From assembly GCA_003569365.1 (NCBI GenBank), contig BGOS01000004.1, forward strand, positions 33,029 to 97,028: a stretch of 64,000 nt of DNA. The letters run 5' to 3'. A program made the translations under genes and the position numbers. Origin of the DNA: Anaerolineaceae bacterium. GTDB lineage: Bacteria > Chloroflexota > Anaerolineae > Anaerolineales > UBA11657. The notes under the pieces were generated by a model. The model had not been told where the DNA came from, searched no databases, and saw only the letters and a program-made list of their open reading frames with translations. How positions within the stretch are numbered: position 1 is the stretch's first letter; each line of letters begins with the position of its first letter. Positions 57,798-64,000 of this stretch are shown one piece after another.

Positions 57798-57818
57798 TTG
57801 ACAACGGGTGTACACTGC
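57798..57818 (+). repeat. right copy of 21-nt direct repeat TTGACAACGGGTGTACACTGC
   Basis: See 54331-54351. Confidence 0.8.
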
Positions 57819-57921
57819 TTGCAGGCGAAGGCAGCGCGCACCAAAAACAATGCGCGAGATGTGCCGCCGCAAGGCTTGCCCCACCAAGCCTCAACTGGCT
57901 TGCCAAGAGCAAGTCAAATAT

Positions 57922-58969
57922 TTAGCGCGGCGGCCTGAGCGGCTGCAGCGCACGGCTTGCGGATGCAAGCCAAACAATTGAGCGCCGCGGCTGCAACCTT
58001 GCTAGCCGCGGCGCGAACATTTTAATGCAACCGAAGTTATGCGGCAGCGCCAGTCCCACCTGCGGATGCGCCGCAGCATCGCGAAGCACTCCGCCCGATG
58101 CCTGCTGCGCATTGCCGATGACCAGAAAGCAGTGCGGATCAGTGCGCAGCACCAATCGCCACAAACTCTCCACTTCGGATCGGCTTACCGTGCAGATCAA
58201 GACAGAGCACTTGCGACCGCTAAACATGCCGGCACCGCGCCAAGCTGTAACACCGCGCCGCAGCTCATGCAGTATTGCCGCCGCCACCGCGTCCGGATGC
58301 TCCGTAATCACCGTCGCAGTGCGCACCACGCTCGGTCCCTCCAGTACATAATCTGCCACCATGCCACTCACAAACAACGCCAGCACACCATGCATCACGG
58401 CCTCCCAGCCAAAAAAGAACCCGAAAGCAAAATGCCGCTGTCCACAAAAAGGTACAGCTGGCTTAGCGGCCAACCAGTAACCAGCTGCAAAATGCGCGCG
58501 TACACACCGGTGCCCCCGGTATTGCCGCGGCCGCGGAGATGAGCCCCATGCCGAGGCCGCTCAGAGCCCCACCGTAGAGCGCATTCAAAATCGGATTGGC
58601 CGACACCAGCGCAAAGCGCCCCGCCGACAAATCAATAGCAAACGTGACTACCAGCGCGGTAAATCCCGTGCGGAGCAGGAACGGCCACCGCCCTAAATAT
58701 CGAAACCCAAAAAATAACCCCGGGATGCGCAACAGCAGCATTGCAGTACCAAGCGGCAACCCAAACAAATGCTGCGCGATCATTCCCAGTGACAGCATCG
58801 TGCCATCCGGTATCGGTGCCGGTGCCAGAAACAAATTCACACTGACGGCCACCATACAGCCGCCAAGCAGCAGCAACCCCACATCCCAAATGTCTGCCAC
58901 GTTCAAGCACGGCTTGTTATCTGTGTGATTATTTTTTACTCCAATGCCATTTAACGCCCTGATATACAA
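57922..58969 (-). pseudogene. YitT-family membrane protein (with DUF2179 C-terminal domain), two frame interruptions
   Basis: Three minus-strand frames together give ...YGGALSGLGMGLI / RGRGNTGGTGVYARILQLVTGWPLSQLYLFVDSGILLSGSF / FGWEAVMHGVLALFVSGMVADYVLEG...DUF2179. The breaks are near 58535-58543 and at the A6 run 58411-58416. Confidence 0.7.
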
Positions 58970-59027
58970 AAAACTGGGCTGCCAGACGCTTACGGTATAC
59001 TAAAGCTCTAGCTGGCAATTCCAAACT

Positions 59028-60787
59028 ATGCCGCCAACTGCTTCTAACTCCTTGATCCACTCCACAGAGGCAGCTCAGCCGCACATCAACAACCCGGGGC
59101 ACTCCGGCCTGCTCCCCGCCCTCCTGAAGGCCCAAAAACAAAACGGCTACATCAGTAAGCCTGTCGCTGCCGAAATTGCGCGTGCGCTGCAGGTTCCGCT
59201 TGCAGATGTTTATGGCGTGATTGAGTTCTATGCGCTGCTTTACTCAAAGCCAACGGCAGTGCGCGTGATCCGCATCTGCGGGGATCCGGCCTGTTCGATT
59301 GCAGGCAGCCACACCGCCTTGAAGCTGTGTGTGCCAGCCTGGGTGTTAGCCCTAACGAAGCCACTGCCGATGGCGGGTTTATGGTGGAGCGCTCGCCATG
59401 CCTGGGTTTGTGTGACCAGGCACCAGCGGCGATGGTAAATGATCAAGCGCTGGGCTCCATTCCCGTTGGCGTGCCGGCGGCAGTCATTGCATCAAAAAGC
59501 CTGGCCAAGCCCGCAGTAGTGGGCGGCAGCCTGCGCCACCTCACGCGCCGCTGCGGAACTGGCACAACCCCGGTGCTTGCCACCTACGTTGCGGATGGCG
59601 GCTACAGCGCGCTCACCAAAGCCATCCAACAGCTCACGCCGGCTGGCGTTATTGCAGAACTGAAGGCGAGCGGTTTGGTTGGCCGCGGCGGCGCTGCATT
59701 CCCCACCGGAGTGAAATGGGAAAGCGCAGCCAATGCCAGCGGCGCAGAAAAATACATTGTTTGCAACGCCGATGAATCCGAGCCGGGAACATTCAAGGAT
59801 CGGATTTTGATGGAGGACGATCCGCATGCTGTACTCGAAGGCATGCTGCTGGCAGGCTATGCCTGTGGTGCGCAGCGCGGCTATCTGTATGTGCGCGCAG
59901 AGTACCCGCATGCGCAACAGCGCCTTGCAGCTGCAATTGCCGAAGCCTACGCTGGCGGTTATCTCGGCAGCAACCTGCTCGGCAGCAAATTTTGTTTTGA
60001 GATTGAGCTGCGCAGCGGAGCCGGCGCGTACATCTGCGGTGAAGAGACAGCACTGTTTGAAAGCATCGAAGGCAAACGCGGGTTCCCGCGGGTGAAACCG
60101 CCCTTCCCTACTACCGCTGGCTTGTTCGGCAAACCCACCGTCGTCAACAATGTGGAGACGCTCTGCAATGTGCCGTTGATCATCAGCGCCGGCGCAGCAG
60201 CCTACCGCCAGCACGGCACGGAGAAGTCACCGGGGTCAAAATTGTTCTGCCTGTCCGGTGATGTGGCGCGGCCTGGTTTGTACGAGGTGCCCTTCGGCGT
60301 CACGCTGCGCACAATCCTGGATGAGATGGCGGGGGGCGTAAGCGGCGGCACGCTGCAAGCAGTTTTGTTCGGCGGTGCTGCCGGTGCCTTTGCCACTGCG
60401 GCACATCTGGATGTACGCATGACATTTGAGGACTTGCGCAAAGCTGACCTGCCATTGGGCTCCGGCGTGGTGATGGTCTTCAACCACACGCGCAACCTGC
60501 GCACCGTGCTCGAAGGCCTCGCCCATTTTTTTGCTGAGGAAAGCTGCGGCAAATGCTATCCATGCCAGCTTGGCACAGTACGCCAGCATGAAATTCTTAC
60601 GCGCGTTGCAGCCGGCCATGCGCGCGCGGGAGATTCACAACTGCTGAGCGATGTGGGCTGGACAATGCTGGATGCTTCGCTGTGCGGCCTCGGGCAAACC
60701 GCTGCAACCGCAACGCTCAGTGCCATCAAGCTCTGGCCAGAGCTATTCGCTGCCAACGGCAAGGCGCAACCCGCGCACACACCCTAA
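59028..60787 (+). pseudogene. formate dehydrogenase beta-type subunit (NuoE-like 2Fe-2S domain fused to NuoF-like FMN/NAD/4Fe-4S domain), frame interrupted in (TG)4 at 59326-59333
   Basis: ORF 59028 encodes ...[27 protein letters not shown] 59327 continues [38 protein letters not shown], then [13 protein letters not shown] and [13 protein letters not shown]. The two Cys pairs of one 2Fe-2S site lie in different frames. Confidence 0.8.
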
Positions 60788-60790
60788 GCC

Positions 60791-61495
60791 ATGCCAGCCA
60801 CAGTCACGCTAGAGATCGATGGCCAGCCCATTACTGTGCCAACCGGCACAACACTGCTGAACGCAGCCGCTTTGGCGGGCGCCATGGTTCCCACCATTTG
60901 TTACCACGAACACTGCACAGCGAATGCCTTGTGCCGCCTGTGCGTTGTGGAAGTGGAAGGCGCACGCGTGCTGGCACCGGCCTGCGTGGCCACCGCAGCA
61001 GAAGGCATGCGCGTGCACACGCGCAACGAGCGTGTTGAGCGCAGCCGGCGCACAATTTTGGAGCTGCTGCACTCTGCCACTGATATAAGCGAGGCGCCAG
61101 AAATTCAGCTGCAGCTGGACGACTACCACGCCAACCGCGAACGTTTTGGCAACTGCGAACAACGCGAGCCCGAGATAATCGATGACAACCCGATGTTTAT
61201 TCGCGATTACAGCAAATGCATCCTCTGCTGGCGCTGCGTGCAAGTGTGCGCTGCCGATGCGCAGTTCACCTACGCCATCAACTTCAGCGGGCGCGGCTTT
61301 GAAACTTCAATCAGTACATTTTTTGAACAATCGCTCACCGAGAGCTCTTGCGTGTTTTGCGGCCAATGCGTGGGCGTATGCCCCACCGGCGCTCTCAAAC
61401 CCAAGCGTGAATGGCTGCTGGAGCAAGGCCAGGCACCGGCCGACGTGCTCGCTGCCACGCGCGGGCCGGGCAAGAAACAACGCGCGCGCAAATGA
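60791..61495 (+). CDS. 2Fe-2S / 4Fe-4S iron-sulfur subunit (NuoG N-terminal-like) of formate dehydrogenase
   Basis: Plant-type 2Fe-2S N-terminus ([19 protein letters not shown]), plus [11 protein letters not shown] and [16 protein letters not shown]. Confidence 0.85.
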   Translation: MPATVTLEIDGQPITVPTGTTLLNAAALAGAMVPTICYHEHCTANALCRLCVVEVEGARVLAPACVATAAEGMRVHTRNERVERSRRTILELLHSATDISEAPEIQLQLDDYHANRERFGNCEQREPEIIDDNPMFIRDYSKCILCWRCVQVCAADAQFTYAINFSGRGFETSISTFFEQSLTESSCVFCGQCVGVCPTGALKPKREWLLEQGQAPADVLAATRGPGKKQRARK

Positions 61496-63726
61496 GCACG
61501 CCGCAACCTCGACCGCTGCCAAATGGCGGCCAGCCGGTTCAACGGGAACCGCAGGGCAATTTAATCGTTACTGCCGACCGCACCGTCTCCACCACCTGCC
61601 CGTACTGTGGCGTGGGCTGCAACCTGCAGCTGCACATCAAAGACGAGCTCATTTACAAAGTGACGTCGGACTTCGAGCACCCCGTCAATCAAGGCAACTT
61701 GTGCGTTAAGGGGCGCTTCGGCTACGATTTTATTTACAGCAACAAGCGCGTCACCACGCCGCTTATTCGCAAACAGACCCAGGCAGCCGGTGCGCGCACC
61801 CAGGCATTTGACCGCAGCGAATGGCGCGAGGCGAGCTGGGAGGAAGCGCTGGAGTACACCACTGACCGGCTGGTTGAAATTTACCAGCGCGACGGCGAAC
61901 ATGCGATGGCTGTGTACTGCTGCGCAAAGGCAACCAACGAAGACAATTACTTGCTGCAGAAAATTTACCGGGCGCTGTTTCGCACCAATAATGTGGACCA
62001 CTGCACGCGCCTGTGCCACGCTGGCTCGGTGACTGCGCTGCTGAAGTCCATCAACTCGGCTGCGATGAGCAACACTGCTGCCGAAGTCATCGACAGCGAT
62101 TGCTTCATCATCACCGGCTCCAACCCGTCCGAGAATCATCCGATCATCGGATTGCAAATGAAAGCGGCGGTTGAGAAATACGGCAGTAAGCTGATTGTGA
62201 TTGACCCGCGCAAGATTGAGATGTGCGACTTTGCAGCGCTCTGGCTGCCGTTGAAACCCGGCACCAACGTGCCCGTGTTCAATGCCATGGCGCATGTGAT
62301 TGTGAACGAGGGGCTGGTAAACCGTGAATTTGTGGAGGCGCGCACGACCGGCTACGCCGACTACGTCAAAACGCTGGACAAATTCACTCCCGGCTACGCC
62401 GAAGAAATTTCCGGCGTGGACCGCAACTTAATTATTGAAGCTGCGCGCATGTACGCGCGCGCCCAGCGCGGCATGATTTTCTGGGGCATGGGCATCTCGC
62501 AGTTGTCACATGGCACTGCCAGTTCGCTGGGCCTGATCCATCTTGCGTTTCTTACCGGCCACGTGGGCCGTAAAGCCACCGGGCTCAACCCGTTGCGCGG
62601 CCAGAACAATGTGCAGGGCGCGTCAGACATGGGCGCCATGCCGTTCTTTTATCCGGGCTACCAGTGGGTGGACGATGAAACAAATGCGCAAAACTGGGAA
62701 CAGCTTTGGAACGTTGAGCCCGGCGGGCTCAACCGCAAACGCGGACTGACGACAACGGAAATTTTGACGCACGCTCATCCCGGCGGCGTGCGCGCGCTCC
62801 ACATCATGGGCGAGAACCCAATGATGAGCGAGCCCAACCTGAATGAAACCCGCAAGCACATGCAGCAGCTGGAGTTCATTGTGGCACAGGATTTGTTCAT
62901 CAATGAATCCGGCGCGTTTGCCGACGTGTTCCTGCCAGCCACCTCATGGGCAGAGAAAGAAGGCACAGTCACCAACACAGATCGGCGCGTACAGCGCGTG
63001 CGCCAGGCAATTGCACCACGCGGCCAGTCCCGCCCGGATTGGGAGATCCTGTGCGACCTCGCACAACGCATTGAAGCCCGCCTTGGCCGTCCCAACAGCG
63101 CCCATTGGACCTACAACTCCCCAGCAGAAATCATGGCCGAATTTGGCAAACTGGACATCAACTACGCCGGCGTCACCTACGAAAGAATCGAACGCCACGG
63201 CCTGCAAACTCCCGTGCCGCATAACACACACCCCGGAACACCATTCCTCTTTGCCAAAGACTTTCCATCGGGACGCGGAAAATTTATACCGGTGGACTAT
63301 GTGCCTATCATGGAGCCGCCGGATGAGGAGTACCCGTTCATATTGACAACGGGGCGCGTATTAGAACATTGGCATGGCGGCTCGATGACGCGTAACTCCG
63401 CGCTGAACGAGATCTATCCCGCACCGGTGGTTGAAATTCACCCGGTGGACGCAGCCTGGGCCAACTTCACAGACGGACAGCCCGTGCGCGTATCGTCGCG
63501 CCGTGGCTCGGTAATTCTGCGCACGCGCGTAACGGAAAAGGCGCGCGCCGGAGTTATATTCATGGCAATGCATTTTGCGGAAGCCGCCGCAAACCTGCTC
63601 ACCAACGACGCCCTCGACCCGCAAGCCAAGATCCCTGAATACAAAGCTTGCGCGGTAAAGATCGAACCGGCAGCCGAGCAAGACCTGCCCCACCCGGACG
63701 TCACAACCGAGCGCGGCCGCTGGTAG
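61492..63726 (+). CDS. fdhF: formate dehydrogenase catalytic (molybdopterin) alpha subunit, Cys-type
   Basis: From ATG 61492 (ATGA overlap with the upstream stop): [26 protein letters not shown], and [11 protein letters not shown] with Cys where selenoproteins have Sec. No in-frame TGA. Confidence 0.9.
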   Translation: MSTPQPRPLPNGGQPVQREPQGNLIVTADRTVSTTCPYCGVGCNLQLHIKDELIYKVTSDFEHPVNQGNLCVKGRFGYDFIYSNKRVTTPLIRKQTQAAGARTQAFDRSEWREASWEEALEYTTDRLVEIYQRDGEHAMAVYCCAKATNEDNYLLQKIYRALFRTNNVDHCTRLCHAGSVTALLKSINSAAMSNTAAEVIDSDCFIITGSNPSENHPIIGLQMKAAVEKYGSKLIVIDPRKIEMCDFAALWLPLKPGTNVPVFNAMAHVIVNEGLVNREFVEARTTGYADYVKTLDKFTPGYAEEISGVDRNLIIEAARMYARAQRGMIFWGMGISQLSHGTASSLGLIHLAFLTGHVGRKATGLNPLRGQNNVQGASDMGAMPFFYPGYQWVDDETNAQNWEQLWNVEPGGLNRKRGLTTTEILTHAHPGGVRALHIMGENPMMSEPNLNETRKHMQQLEFIVAQDLFINESGAFADVFLPATSWAEKEGTVTNTDRRVQRVRQAIAPRGQSRPDWEILCDLAQRIEARLGRPNSAHWTYNSPAEIMAEFGKLDINYAGVTYERIERHGLQTPVPHNTHPGTPFLFAKDFPSGRGKFIPVDYVPIMEPPDEEYPFILTTGRVLEHWHGGSMTRNSALNEIYPAPVVEIHPVDAAWANFTDGQPVRVSSRRGSVILRTRVTEKARAGVIFMAMHFAEAAANLLTNDALDPQAKIPEYKACAVKIEPAAEQDLPHPDVTTERGRW

Positions 63727-63771
63727 CAGTCGCGCCCGCCGTAACGCGCCGCATGTTGCGCCACAGACCAG

Positions 63772-64000
63772 TTGATTGCCGTGGCTGAATTTCTCACCGT
63801 TTGCGCATCCGCAGATGCCCTCGAAAAACTTTTTGCACTGCTGCCCGGCACGCCGCCCACTGAATTAATCCCAAGCGCCAACGCGCTCGACCGCGTAACT
63901 GCGCTAGCCGTGCTTGCGCCCGCAGCCCTGCCCGCGTTTGTGCGCAGCACTGTGGATGGCTACGCCGTACTGGCGCGCGACACGTTCGGCGCAAACACTA
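63772..64000 (+). CDS. moeA: molybdopterin molybdenumtransferase MoeA, 3' partial
   Basis: Not in the ORF track because it runs off the window. Manual translation gives (L/M)IAVAEFLTVCASADALEKLFALLPGTPPTELIPSANALDRVTALAVLAPAALPAFVRSTVDGYAVLARDTFGAN, the typical MoeA N-terminus (S.VDGYAV). The TTG 63772 start is uncertain. Confidence 0.55.
   Translation, partial: MIAVAEFLTVCASADALEKLFALLPGTPPTELIPSANALDRVTALAVLAPAALPAFVRSTVDGYAVLARDTFGANT

Larger units (their letters stand above)
54331..57818. mobile_element. putative degraded integrative cassette bounded by direct repeats (integrase plus four small coiled-coil genes)
   Basis: 21-nt direct repeats flank a tyrosine recombinase gene next to the left repeat. 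The orphan content lies in a patch that interrupts housekeeping genes. The att interpretation is an inference. Confidence 0.4.

Noticed and set aside
57808-57981. 57-aa Cys/Arg-rich ORF starting at the GTG inside the right repeat (MYTACRRRQRAPK...), plus the parallel ORF 54341..54580 starting in the left repeat
   Set aside because: The shared MYTA N-terminus is simply a consequence of the repeat. There is no SD or promoter, one ORF overlaps the YitT 3' end, and neither shows family resemblance.
61492-63726. Possible selenocysteine (TGA recoding) in formate dehydrogenase
   Set aside because: The ORF is uninterrupted, and the position equivalent to Sec is a Cys codon ([10 protein letters not shown]). 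No SECIS search is needed.

Overview
GC-rich bacterial chromosomal segment. It is probably Chloroflexota: this is inferred from the co-occurrence of Chlor_Arch_YYY/DUF2298 and TIGR03663-type membrane proteins and the general protein flavour, and it cannot be verified here. Most of the window is housekeeping: fhs, plsX, rfbC, ppc, lepA, sucCD, rsmD, rplU-rpmA-rpmE, tdk, hpt, a CCA-adding enzyme family gene, an NAD-type formate dehydrogenase operon followed by moeA, and three tRNAs (Lys-CTT, Glu-CTC, Leu-GAG). Two regions stand out. (1) A co-directional array of about 25 kb (20.3-45.2 kb) starts translationally coupled to lepA. It encodes a cytoplasmic module (FAD oxidoreductase, flippase-like protein, GT4, SAM methyltransferase) followed by seven large polytopic GT-C-like membrane proteins. 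These are a GT39-like protein, a 1593-aa double Chlor_Arch_YYY protein, an 814-aa Chlor_Arch_YYY protein, a degenerate TIGR03663-like paralog, a TIGR03663-NHL propeller fusion, a PTPS-related membrane protein and a convergent GT39. sucCD is embedded in the array. The core families have no known function, so this is my best candidate for an undescribed envelope glycoconjugate system. (2) A small accessory patch (52.6-57.9 kb) holds an AT-richer orphan membrane gene and a 3.5-kb cassette bounded by 21-nt direct repeats. The cassette carries a frameshifted tyrosine recombinase and four small Gln-rich coiled-coil genes, two tail-anchored and two with identical leaderless-promoter geometry. Other oddities are an L31 protein with a C-terminal RpoA-alpha-CTD-like helix-hairpin-helix extension, and four genes (five indel positions) interrupted at short repeat or GC-rich tracts (possible assembly errors or genuine pseudogenes). 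No rRNA, CRISPR array, transposase or recognisable defence system was seen.
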